This document shows, in pieces, positions 1 to 9,364 of a stretch of 64,000 bases of DNA. The stretch covers positions 448,001 to 512,000 of the forward strand of contig CAXXMD010000003.1 in the NCBI GenBank assembly GCA_963675755.2. Direction: 5' to 3'. Every line of letters starts with the position of its first letter. Position 1 is the first letter of the stretch. This stretch comes from a bacterium. GTDB taxonomy: Bacteria > Zhuqueibacterota > Zhuqueibacteria > Residuimicrobiales > Krinioviventaceae. The translations under genes were made by a program, and so were the position numbers. A model generated the notes under the pieces. That model saw nothing but the letters and a program-made list of their open reading frames with translations. It searched no databases and had not been told where the DNA came from.

Positions 1-2
1 AA

Positions 3-770
3 ATAAATGGTTGGGATGAAACAATCGAATCATATAAAGACACTATTGAAAGCAATAAAGAAAGAATAAATAATCTATTAACATCATCAGAAAAATTAAA
101 AAAAGAAATTGATAATTTAATAAAAAATGGAGAAACTGCTTCAACTACTCTTTCAAAAAATGAAGATAAAAACATAAGATTACTTACTGAAATTGAAAAA
201 ACACTTGCGGATGCAAATAGATTAAGTATGGCGGGTTCTTTCAAAGAAAGGAAAGAGGAGTTGGTAAAAACACAGCGAGGTTGGCAATTAATATTTATTA
301 TCTCAATTATTATAATTGTATCAATATCTACTTATTTTTTTCTACCACAATTCTTAGGTGAAACTAACCAGTGGGACTCAGTTCCTCTAAAAATCTCAAT
401 TATATCTCCTCTTATTTGGTTAGCCTGGTTTGCCGCTAGGCAGTATGGTTTTGCATTAAAAGTAAAGGAAGATTATGCATTTAAATATGCATCAGCAATG
501 GCATATGAAGGTTATAGTAAGGAGACACAAAAGGTTGATCCACAATTAGAAAAAGTATTACTTGAATTCTCATTATACAATATGGCATTAAATCCGATAA
601 GGTTATATAACAAAAAAGATGAGAACGCTTCTCCGATTGAAGAATCATTAAATATTCTTTCAAAAAAACTACCCAATTTGAAAAAAGCGACGGTAAAATC
701 TCCAACTATCGGAGAAATATCTGTTGAAGCTGAACCTAAAACAAAAAAAAATCAAGAACCAAACACATAA
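3..770 (+). CDS. 5'-truncated coiled-coil protein with two C-terminal transmembrane helices (hypothetical)
   Basis: The frame of ORF 228..770 is open back to the window edge (INGWDETIESYKDTIESNKERINNLL...), heptad-like and rich in E/K/L. Two hydrophobic helices are followed by EDYAFKYASAMAYEGY. AT-rich. Confidence 0.8.
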   Translation: MNGWDETIESYKDTIESNKERINNLLTSSEKLKKEIDNLIKNGETASTTLSKNEDKNIRLLTEIEKTLADANRLSMAGSFKERKEELVKTQRGWQLIFIISIIIIVSISTYFFLPQFLGETNQWDSVPLKISIISPLIWLAWFAARQYGFALKVKEDYAFKYASAMAYEGYSKETQKVDPQLEKVLLEFSLYNMALNPIRLYNKKDENASPIEESLNILSKKLPNLKKATVKSPTIGEISVEAEPKTKKNQEPNT

Positions 771-815
771 TAATTTAAATTATTATTAAAATTTTTCTAA
801 ACAAGAGGTAACAAA

Positions 816-1043
816 ATGAAAACTTATAAAAATCTTGGTGGTGACTCTGGTATCATAGCATATGAATTTGGCGCTGATTTCATACGTGTTAAATTTTCTG
901 ATGGATCATTATATTTATACACACATACAAGCGCTGGCATTCAAAACATTAAAACGATGAAACAATTGGCCCGCAATGGAGAAGGTTTAAACGCTTTTAT
1001 TAATACAACTGTAAAATATAAATATAAAAAAAAAGAAAGATGA
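816..1043 (+). CDS. Small basic conserved protein, KTSC-domain-like
   Basis: RBS GAGG upstream. The pattern SGIIAYEFG..IRVKFSDGSLYLY...GEGLNAFIN resembles KTSC-type domains. Confidence 0.6.
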   Translation: MKTYKNLGGDSGIIAYEFGADFIRVKFSDGSLYLYTHTSAGIQNIKTMKQLARNGEGLNAFINTTVKYKYKKKER

Positions 1044-1207
1044 TTTATCAGATACATAAAGAAAAATCAAAATACTCTTTACATTTATTTGTATAGATTG
1101 TTTAAATATTAAACCAATTATTTATATAATCAATTTCTCTTGCTTTATGCACTAAATATTAATATAGTAAATCGATTTTATTACAGTAAATTATTAAAAG
1201 GAAATAA

Positions 1208-1450
1208 ATGAATATAGAGAGTTATTTTCTATGGATAGTGTCCATCGGTATAATTGTTATTCTACTCCGAGAGTTTGTCACATGGTATTACAAACTAAAC
1301 GACATTGTAAGGCAAATAAAGACATTAACTTACCAGCAAGAGCAACAAATTAGACTTGATGAAATGTTTTTAAAAGCTCTATTATTTGGAAAAGAAGAAA
1401 TAAAACAAGAATATGAAAGATATAAAGAAGAGTATGATGAAGAAATATGA
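1208..1450 (+). CDS. Small single-pass membrane protein (hypothetical)
   Basis: RBS AAGGA, N-terminal hydrophobic helix, LREFVTWYYKLN motif, acidic tail. Confidence 0.6.
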   Translation: MNIESYFLWIVSIGIIVILLREFVTWYYKLNDIVRQIKTLTYQQEQQIRLDEMFLKALLFGKEEIKQEYERYKEEYDEEI

Positions 1451-1503
1451 AAAACCATTTATTATCCTCAACTGTAAACAAAGTTTTTTATTTTAATTTA
1501 TAG

Positions 1504-1932
1504 TATCATAAATTTAAAATCCCAATCGACACATTACAATTCAGCGAAATCCTGCGTCCCTACATCTGGATGTGGGCTGGTGATACCCTCGCTACCCTGA
1601 ACGTCCCCGGTGGATACAAAGAACATATCGATTACTATGGCGAAGGGGTAATTATTGACCTGGTATACCCGGACAGTTCCAGAATATTTTTACATTTCGG
1701 GGGGTTGATGAAGCTACCGTTTTGCAAAGAACCTGAAAACATTGTTTTGGAATCCAAAGAATTATCAGACCGGTTGTACCGTTCTGGCAGAATTAAAGAT
1801 AAAGACTTTTTCTAGCGTGAGGAAAACCACGTAAAAATCGCATTGATGAATATTGGATTCTACCGTGTTCCCCCAAGCCACATTGACCTGTTCAACAAAT
1901 CGCTGGATTCCTTTCAGCTTTTGAAATATTGA
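1504..1932 (+). pseudogene. Gene remnant with an in-frame TAG and no clear start
   Basis: The frame is open 1504-1812, has TAG at 1813-1815, then reads as plausible protein (REENHVKIALMNIGFYRV...) to TGA at 1930-1932. The 5' end abuts the AT-rich island. Confidence 0.5.
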
Positions 1933-1944
1933 TTTTAAAAATCA

Positions 1945-2691
1945 TTAATCGGTTTTAAATGTATTAATAGTAAAGACCGTGCTCAGGTTCTCATTTTCTT
2001 CATCATATACAACCATTAAATATTTTTGCCAGGACTTGAACGGAAAGTACAGCCGCCCGGCAACGCTGTAATTGGGTGGCAATGTTGTCTTTCGCAGGGC
2101 AGTGAATTCCCAAATATCCCGTTCACCTAAAAGCCGGGTTATAACATCGTAATGATAATTTTCATCTTCTATATTGGCAATTTCCCGTTCCTCGTCCTCT
2201 ATTTCTTCCTGTTCAATTTCTTCATCGGTCCGTGGCGAGGCAATGGTGGCCAAATCACTGAAAAGATCTACAATTGTCAAGAGCCCATTTATCCCGGATT
2301 CCTGAATATAACGGGAATCCTCTTTGGATATTGCCAGATCCGTATCTAAAAGCTTTTCCTCCGGATCGATCGGTTTTTGAACAAAGAATTTGTCATACTC
2401 TTGCTTCGCGTTCATATAATATCCATGAAACAATTCGCTGGAGGCGATCATAGGCTCCGGTCCCCGGTTTACAATTTCAACATCGATCACTGCCATATTG
2501 TCCTCAACTCTATCAAAGGCAAGAATCACGTCAACATTGTTTCCAGTCATCTTTATATATTCTTTACCATGAAGCCAGACACGTTCATGCTCATCAGACA
2601 ATGTTTGTAACTTGTAAACTCGGCCCGTCCCTGCCATGCAGGACATCAGGCACAATAACAACAGCATCAAAAAAACAGCACTTTTTCTCAT
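1945..2691 (-). CDS. Putative lipoprotein (hypothetical)
   Basis: RBS GGAG, signal peptide with lipobox-like LMSC, central acidic stretch. Confidence 0.75.
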   Translation of the reverse strand: MRKSAVFLMLLLLCLMSCMAGTGRVYKLQTLSDEHERVWLHGKEYIKMTGNNVDVILAFDRVEDNMAVIDVEIVNRGPEPMIASSELFHGYYMNAKQEYDKFFVQKPIDPEEKLLDTDLAISKEDSRYIQESGINGLLTIVDLFSDLATIASPRTDEEIEQEEIEDEEREIANIEDENYHYDVITRLLGERDIWEFTALRKTTLPPNYSVAGRLYFPFKSWQKYLMVVYDEENENLSTVFTINTFKTD

Positions 2692-2783
2692 TGCATACTC
2701 CCCGGGATTTTCATGAGCTGCAAAACATTACCTGCCAGCAGTTGCAGTACAATGAAAACAGGTAATCCTCATTATATTATTCA

Positions 2784-2809
2784 TACGCTAATAAACGACC
2801 CAGGTTGCA
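2784..2809 (-). promoter_or_regulatory. ECF sigma-type promoter (TGCAAC-N16-CGTA)
   Basis: The minus strand reads TGCAAC CTGGGTCGTTTATTAG CGTA, matching the SigW/SigM-type layout, about 90 bp upstream of the lipoprotein start. Confidence 0.45.
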
Positions 2810-2881
2810 TTTTAAAACAATTGTTTCTGATAATTTCTCTATACGTCCAGGCCCATTAGGTAACGCGGATAGCGTATTTTA

Positions 2882-3179
2882 AATCAGGATAATCCTCAAA
2901 TCCTTATAATCTGGATTAAAAATCAAGGCAATCCTTCAATCCAGTGAATCAAGGTCTTATTTAATCAGGATAATCCTCAAATCCTTATAATCTGGGTTAA
3001 AAATCAAGGCAATCCTTCAATCCAGTGAATCAAGGTCTTATTTAATCAGGATAACCCTCAAATCCTTATAATCTGGGTTTGCTAATCAAGGTAATCATTT
3101 GAATCTGAGTGTGATCGTGACGGAGATCGCTTTGCTTAACTCCGTCACGATCCAATCCTCTAATCCTTGTAATCTGGGT
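2882..3179 (+). repeat. AATC-phased 35-bp unit array, arranged as an 81-bp tandem repeat (about 2.4 copies)
   Basis: AATCAGGATAATCCTC starts at 2882 and 2963, with a one-base variant at 3044 (period 81). Each period holds two AATC-N5-AATC-N4-AATC-N5-AATC-N5 units. Confidence 0.95.
3113..3152. repeat. REP-like hairpin GATCGTGACGGAG..CTCCGTCACGATC
   Basis: Perfect 13-bp stem. Related copies at about 7894-7930, 30590-30620, about 30816-30847, about 45511-45537 and about 45750-45776. Confidence 0.9.
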
Positions 3180-3203
3180 CTGGGAAGCAAGGTGATTAAA
3201 ACC

Positions 3204-3232
3204 TTGCATTCAACATCAAATCCTTTTACATT
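3204..3232 (+). promoter_or_regulatory. sigma70-like promoter TTGCAT-N17-TACATT
   Basis: Canonical 17-bp spacing, 25 bp before the ATG at 3258. The same boxes recur at 5337-5365. Confidence 0.55.
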
Positions 3233-3257
3233 GCTACATTGGAAATTTGAGGAAATA

Positions 3258-3869
3258 ATGACAAAAAAGAACCTGATATTTACCCTAATTCTGTCCATTT
3301 TGATATGCTTTCCCCTGTTATTGGAAGAGTTTCTACCGGGACTGCATAAACTGACCTATACATTATTTGTCTTTACCCCGCTGTTAATGCTGTTTGCTTT
3401 GGGAACGCTGATTTCTATCATTATCATTCTCATCAGAAAATTCAAAAAACGGAAACAGCTCCCGCTGTTTCTGTCCATATGTATCATCTTTGCGTTCATG
3501 CTGGTGTCATCCGCCATCGTAGTCTTTGCACCGGAATCCGAGTTTCCAACCGGCTCCAATTTGATGAAATTCAATCCGGATGTCTGGAAAACCGAAAAAG
3601 CGCAGATATGGCCCGAAAACGGACCCAGCACCCGCGAGAAAATGCTAAAAGATCTGGTAAAAAATGTTCTCCCCGGCAAATCCAGAGCAGAAATAGAAAC
3701 GCTGTTGGGACCGTCACTGGAAACAGACTATTTTCAATCCATAGACAAAGATCTGATCTATTATATGGGCCCGGAACGCGACAATTACATGGCACTCGAT
3801 TCAGAATGGCTGCTGATCTGGCTGGATGAGAATGGAATATTCCAAAAATATAAAATCGTGAACGATTAA
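3258..3869 (+). CDS. Membrane protein, three TM helices plus a C-terminal SmpA/BamE-like domain
   Basis: RBS GAGGA before MTKKN. The longer ORF start at 3099 only translates repeats. Motif REKMLKDL..LPGKSRAEIETLLG. Confidence 0.7.
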   Translation: MTKKNLIFTLILSILICFPLLLEEFLPGLHKLTYTLFVFTPLLMLFALGTLISIIIILIRKFKKRKQLPLFLSICIIFAFMLVSSAIVVFAPESEFPTGSNLMKFNPDVWKTEKAQIWPENGPSTREKMLKDLVKNVLPGKSRAEIETLLGPSLETDYFQSIDKDLIYYMGPERDNYMALDSEWLLIWLDENGIFQKYKIVND

Positions 3870-3940
3870 TAAAACATCAGTAATGTTTTAACATCATATA
3901 TAATACTCACCCCATTTAACCTTAAACAAGGAGCTTTATA

Positions 3941-4996
3941 ATGAAACGGCATCTATGCTGGTTATATATTCTTTTCTCTACGGTAAATATTTTTGCGCTC
4001 TCAGAACCAGCTGTAGAATTTAGCAAATCCTTTTCAGGATCTGCTGACCCCGGCGGAACGGTAACACTGACCTTTACCCTGACCAATCCCGAAAATTTTA
4101 GCATTAGTGATTTAGCTTTTACCGATGATCTGGATGCCTGTCTAAGCGGACTGGTAGCAACAAACACCCCGCTGAATGATATTTGCGGATCAGGATCACA
4201 GCTCACCGGTACATCTGTTCTTACACTGACCGGGGGAAATCTGGCTGCTGCAATGGAGGTACAGCGTCTTTTGATGTAACACTGGTTATACCAGAAGGTG
4301 CCGCAGCAGGCACCTATACCAACACGACCAGTGAGCTCACCTATTATGGAGTACCTGTATCCGGGCCTGTTACCGCGGACCTGGTTGTCAATGACACTCC
4401 TTTACCTGTACAATTGTATGATTTTCAGGCAATTTACCAGAATAATAACATACAATTGCATTGGACCGTTCAAAATGAAATCGATATTTTGGGTTATACC
4501 GTTGAACGAAAATCCAGCGATTCCCCTTGGAAACAAATTGCTTCATATCAGAACGACAAGAATTTATTATGCAGCAATACCGACCTGGAAAAAAGCTATA
4601 ACTGGACGGATTATAATTTAGAAAACAACAACGATTATATTTACCGGTTATCTCACACCAATATTCATGGCGAGGTTACAATCCTAAAAACAGTTCAAGC
4701 CAATCTCGTTCTGCCCGAACAAGCATATATGCACAACGCTTATCCGAATCCATTCAATCCACAGACTACTATTCAATATCAAATACATAAAGATGCTCAG
4801 GTAGAAATTACAATCTATAATATTCTGGGCGTTAAAGTAAGACAACTGGTCCGGGGACAATATACTGCAGGCAGTTATTACAAAATCTGGGACGGGTACT
4901 TCTGATAACGGAACCCCGCTCCCAAGCGGAGTTTACCTGATCAGGATGCAAACACCGGATTTTCAGCAATTGCAAAAAATTGTGCTCACAAAATAA
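3941..4996 (+). pseudogene. Secreted DUF11-like Ig protein with a C-terminal FlgD-Ig/T9SS-type domain, two frameshifts
   Basis: Signal peptide, FSKSF..PGGTVTLTFTLTN, PLPVQL linker, YPNPFNP. Frame breaks at about 4250 and about 4894 (extra G). The corrected tail WDGTSDNGTPLPSGVYLIRM...KIVLTK ends at TAA 4994-4996. Could be assembly error. Confidence 0.75.
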
Positions 4997-5033
4997 AATC
5001 AACTACCATATTATTTTTTCCCATAAAATACTA

Positions 5034-5185
5034 TACTGCGTCCCAAACTCCCGTTTGGGACGTAAATGATATTGATAAACCTCTGTTTATCTACATTAAA
5101 CATTGAAAATAATTTCAGGATAAACAACACATAAACAGAGTTTATGTTTCCAATTCCGTCCTAAACAGGAGTTTGGGACGGAGTA
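5034..5185. repeat. Inverted doublet of a bipartite REP-like unit (REPIN/MITE-like)
   Basis: Left arm TACTGCGTCCCAAACTCCCGTTTGGGACG..GATAAACCTCTGTTTATC (5034-5091). The right arm (5130-5185) is its approximate reverse complement. Confidence 0.9.
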
Positions 5186-5324
5186 AATCCTTTCAATCCG
5201 GGTTATTCATCATGGTAATCCTTTAATCCTGGTAATCAAGGTCGCTTTCAAGCTGGGTCATTAATAATGGCAATCACTAAATCCTTGTTATCAAGGTCTC
5301 TTATAATCCGGGTTCATCAAGGTC
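5186..5324 (+). repeat. AATC-phased unit array
   Basis: 35-bp 9-8-9-9 units at 5208-5242 and 5263-5297, plus fragments. Confidence 0.85.
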
Positions 5325-5336
5325 ACGAATATCCCC

Positions 5337-5365
5337 TTGCATTCAAGTCCGTTTTCTTTTACATT
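5337..5365 (+). promoter_or_regulatory. sigma70-like promoter TTGCAT-N17-TACATT
   Basis: Same boxes and flanks (CCTTGCATTCAA...CTTTTACATT) as 3204-3232, 32 bp before the GH127 ATG. Confidence 0.55.
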
Positions 5366-5397
5366 ATACTATCGAATAACAACCGAGGGTAGTACAA

Positions 5398-7316
5398 ATG
5401 AAAAAAATGCTCCTTTTATTCGTTCCAATTCTGCTGATCAACTGTTCCAAATCTTTAAAAACCGATTATCCTATACAGCCGGTCCCGTTTACGAACGTCC
5501 ATTTTAACGATTCATTCTGGCAGCCGCGCCTCGAAACCAACCGCACCGTTACCATACCCTTTGATTTCAAAAAATGCGAGGAAACCGGCCGTATCGACAA
5601 TTTCGCCATCGCCGGTGGTCTCAAGGAAGGCAAACACGAGGGCATGCGTTTATAACGATTCCGATGTCTTCAAGATCATCGAAGGCGCGTCGTATTCACT
5701 CAGCATGCACCCGGATCCCGAGCTGGACAAATATCTGGACGATCTCATACATAAAATTGCGGCTTCTCAGGAAGAAGACGGCTATATTTTCACTACCCGG
5801 ACCATTGATCCCACACGCGTTGCAGTTCGTTCAGGAGAAACCCGCTGGTCCTATGTGGCCATGAGTCACGAGTTGTACAACGCCGGTCACATGTACGAGG
5901 CTGCTGTTGCGCACTATCAGGCCACGGGCAAGCGTACGTTTCTGAATGTTGCCATTAAAAGCGCGGATTTGATCGAATCCACATTCGGTCCCGGCAAACG
6001 CATGGAGCCCCCCGGCCATCAGGAGATCGAAATCGGATTAACCAAGCTGTACAGGGTAACCGGAGAAAAAAAAATATTTAAAGCTGGCTAAATTCTTCCT
6101 GGACCAGCGCGGTAACAAAGAAAATCACGATCTGTACGGTGAATACAGCCAGGACCACCAGCCTGTCGTCAAACAAACCTGCCCCACCGGTCATGCGGTA
6201 CGTGCCGGCTATATGTATTCGGCAATGGCAGATGTAGCGGCAATAGAGGGAGATCAGGATTATATTTACGCCCTGGATACTATCTGGCAAAACACCGTCT
6301 ATACCCGTCTTTATCTTACCGGAGGAATTGGCGCAAGACATACCGGTGAAGCCTTTGGCGAAGAATATGAACTGCCCAACATGAGTGCCTATAATGAAAC
6401 CTGCGCCGCCATTGCCAACATGTTCTGGAACCAGCGTATGTTCCTGCTGCATGGTGATGCCAAATATATCGATGTTATGGAACGAACACTTTACAATGGA
6501 TTTCTTTCCGGCGTTTCTCTGGATGGTAACGAGTTCTTTTACCCCAATCCCCTGGAATCGGATGGTTCACACAGCCGCAGTCCCTGGTTCGATTGCGCCT
6601 GCTGCCCCGGAAACGTGGTCAGGTTTCTGCCCTCTCTGCCGGGTTACCAGTATGCCGTCAATCAGGACACCCTGTACGTCAATCTGTTCATAGGCGGAAC
6701 CGCTGACATTGAACTGGATGGGCAATCTATTCAAATCGAGCAAAACACAAAATATCCCTGGCAAGGCACAGTAGAGATCCTGCCGCAGCCGGCAAACAGC
6801 AGAGAATTTACACTATCCGTTCGTATTCCCGGGTGGGCCATAAACGCACCTGTTCCCGGAGACCTGTATCATTTCTTAACCGAATCCAATGCGAAACCAA
6901 CACTCCGGGTAAACGGAGAATTCGTAAACTATGACCTGCGCAAGGGATACGCGGATATCTCCCGGCAATGGCAAAAAGGCGATATTGTAACGCTGGAACT
7001 GCCCATGCCTGTCCGAAAAGTCCTGAGTAATGACAAGGTGGATGAAGACCGCGGCAAGCTTGCCCTGCAGCGCGGACCGCTGGTCTATTGCGCGGAATGG
7101 GTGGATAATGACGGACACGCACGTGATCTGCTCGTCCCCCAAAACACAGATTTTACCATAAACGCCCAACCCGATCTGCTGCATGGAATATATACCATCA
7201 CCGGACCGGTTAAATTACAAAACGGACGCAAACAGACCTTGACAGCCATCCCCTATTACGCATGGGCACACCGAGGCTCCGGCGACATGGCGGTTTGGAT
7301 GAAATATGAGGATTAA
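5398..7316 (+). CDS. Glycoside hydrolase family 127 (beta-L-arabinofuranosidase-like) lipoprotein, frameshifted twice
   Basis: Motifs NDSDVFK, HELYNAGH, GHQEIE, GHAVRAGY, NETCAA, CACCP, QRGPLVYCAE, IPYYAW. One extra T at about 5650 and one extra A in the A9 run 6066-6074 split it into three ORFs. Confidence 0.9.
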
Positions 7317-7364
7317 ATATATCGTGATGGAGTAATTAACAATCACCACCGATTTGGAGGGATT

Positions 7365-7874
7365 ATGAAATACTTTATATATATAATATTATTAGCATTC
7401 TCTGTTATTTCCTGTAATAACGGTGGCGAATCGCTTTCTACCCATACAGCCAATTGGGAAAAGAGAACCATTGATCATGCTCTGAGCAGCTCGCTTGAAT
7501 CAGGATCATCTTATTTATCCGTTTATTCAGAGATATATAACAGGAGTGAGCATAGAACATATGACCTGACAGCAACGATCAGCATTAGAAATGTAAACAG
7601 AGCAGATACCATCTTTATCGAAAAAGCAGAATATTTTGACACGGTCGGAAACTCGATCAGGACCTATTTCAACAAACCGATTTACCTGACACCAATGGAA
7701 ACTGTCGAGATTGTTATTGACGACAAGGACAAAGCAGGCGGCACCGGTGCCAACATTGTATTCGACTGGAAAATAAAACCCGGATCCAACCCTCCCCTGT
7801 TTGAAGGGGTCATGATCTCTACCTATGGTCAGCAAGGCTTGTCTTTTACCACACAGGGAATCCGGATCCATTAA
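7365..7874 (+). CDS. DUF3124 family lipoprotein
   Basis: Lipobox VISC. Motifs YLSVYSEIY, LTATISIRN, GGTGANIVFDW, GQQGLSFTTQG. Confidence 0.85.
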   Translation: MKYFIYIILLAFSVISCNNGGESLSTHTANWEKRTIDHALSSSLESGSSYLSVYSEIYNRSEHRTYDLTATISIRNVNRADTIFIEKAEYFDTVGNSIRTYFNKPIYLTPMETVEIVIDDKDKAGGTGANIVFDWKIKPGSNPPLFEGVMISTYGQQGLSFTTQGIRIH

Positions 7875-7893
7875 CTATTGGGTTACCATAACA

Positions 7894-8192
7894 CGTGACA
7901 AAGAACGCGCTGCGAATCTCCGTCACGATCAATCTAATCAAAAACCGGTTGCTGAGTAGGACGTCCAAAGGACATACGTATCGAAGCACCGGTGATGTAT
8001 TCCGATAAAACAGGAGTTTGGGGGTCGAGTAGGTATTACACATAAACAGAGTTTATGCAATCAGTTCCGTCCAAAACAGTAGTTTTGGACGGAGTAATTG
8101 TGGCGGGTCGGACAGATAAATCAGGGTAATCCTTAAATCTTATTAATCAGGGTAAATAATCAAAGTAATCCTCTAATCCTTTTAATCAAGGT
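7894..8192. repeat. Mosaic of four repeat families between convergent genes
   Basis: GTGAC..GTCACGATC hairpin (7894-7930); CCGGTTGCTGAG..GTATCGAAGCACCGG (7944-7993); bipartite REP arm (8041-8096, degenerate copy about 8000-8032); AATC units 8119-8153 and 8158-8192. Confidence 0.9.
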
Positions 8193-8197
8193 TTCTT

Positions 8198-9364
8198 TTA
8201 ATCATGATCAAGGTTCATCTGGGTATCTAACCACTCGAACGCTTCTTTTTGCATATCCAGATTGAATACATGCGGAGCGTCCCAGATTTTGGTTACAAGC
8301 TTGTCGCCGGCGTTTTGCGAGTCCCACACTTTGTGCATTTTCGCAAACGCATCCTCTGTTGCTGCTGTGGGAAAAAGCTTGTCCTGGCTACCGTTGTAAA
8401 ACATCATGGGCTTTGGACAGGCAATACTGGCATAATCAGGATAATCGAGATAATAGTACAATCCCGCATGGGTCATATAATAAGCAGAATTCCCACGCGT
8501 AATATTGTTGCCAGGCACAACCAGTCCTTTTACAGTGGACATCCAGCATACAGCGATCCCGGCGCGGATATGGTCCGAAAGCGCAGCGATCTGGAACGCG
8601 CGGAACGATCCCATCGACAGCCCCACTGCGGATATGCGGTCAGTATCCACTTTATCCACTGTCGATAAATACTCTGCGGTGCGCAGGTCTTCATGGGCAA
8701 TAATTCCGGCAAAAGACATCCCAAACTGCATCAGGTTCGAATTCAGGCACTGCTGTCCCTCGTATTCACCGCCTCCCCGATCACCCCAGTTGAGCACATC
8801 TGTAGCCAGACAGATGTAACCGCGTTTGGCGAGTTCATCACCGATATAGACGCCGCCGTATAATTTTTCCACCCACTCGTCTGCTGAAGCCAACCGCTCT
8901 GTCGTATCGTTAAATGGACGAATCATTTTTTCTTTACCGATGTCAAATCTGGCGCCATGATCGTGCAGTAACAGCACCGCCGGAAAAGGTCCTTTACCCT
9001 TGGGTACCAGGAGATACGATAATACACGCGAATCCGCGGTCAGATTAAACACCACTTTTTGCGCGATATAACTGCCGCGGTCCTCCGAATCAATTACAAC
9101 CGGATCAAAAGACGCATCCGGAGGCGCCACCAGCAGAGCATCCATTACCTTTTGCTTTGCTAGCTCGCGCCAGTTATCAAAATCATCATAATTCCCGGAC
9201 AACCATGACATGGGAAAGGTCATGCGCTCATGCAGATTTTGATAAAATACAGGCAGCTTGTCTACAACGCCGCTAGTTTGATACTGAGAGTTCTTTTCAT
9301 CTTGTGCCCATCCCAAAGCAACGGTACAAATCAATAATACAATTATTGTCAGTTTCTCAAACAA
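8198..9364 (-). CDS. Secreted alpha/beta hydrolase (dienelactone hydrolase/esterase-like)
   Basis: Signal peptide, PAVLLLHDHG, nucleophile elbow GLSMG, catalytic D (QDKLFP) and H (APHVF). Confidence 0.85.
   Translation of the reverse strand: MFEKLTIIVLLICTVALGWAQDEKNSQYQTSGVVDKLPVFYQNLHERMTFPMSWLSGNYDDFDNWRELAKQKVMDALLVAPPDASFDPVVIDSEDRGSYIAQKVVFNLTADSRVLSYLLVPKGKGPFPAVLLLHDHGARFDIGKEKMIRPFNDTTERLASADEWVEKLYGGVYIGDELAKRGYICLATDVLNWGDRGGGEYEGQQCLNSNLMQFGMSFAGIIAHEDLRTAEYLSTVDKVDTDRISAVGLSMGSFRAFQIAALSDHIRAGIAVCWMSTVKGLVVPGNNITRGNSAYYMTHAGLYYYLDYPDYASIACPKPMMFYNGSQDKLFPTAATEDAFAKMHKVWDSQNAGDKLVTKIWDAPHVFNLDMQKEAFEWLDTQMNLDHD

Noticed and set aside
1813-1815. Amber (TAG) recoding or readthrough
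   Set aside because: TAG is a normal stop for intact genes here (18978, 33812, 36663, 41998). A nonsense mutation in a remnant is simpler.
2882-3179. CRISPR array
   Set aside because: The units are nearly adjacent with 4-7 bp gaps and the intervening sequence is itself repeated. There are no unique 30-40 bp spacers and no cas genes in the window.
3099-3257. N-terminal extension of ORF 3099..3869
   Set aside because: It translates repeat and promoter DNA. A good RBS precedes the ATG at 3258.
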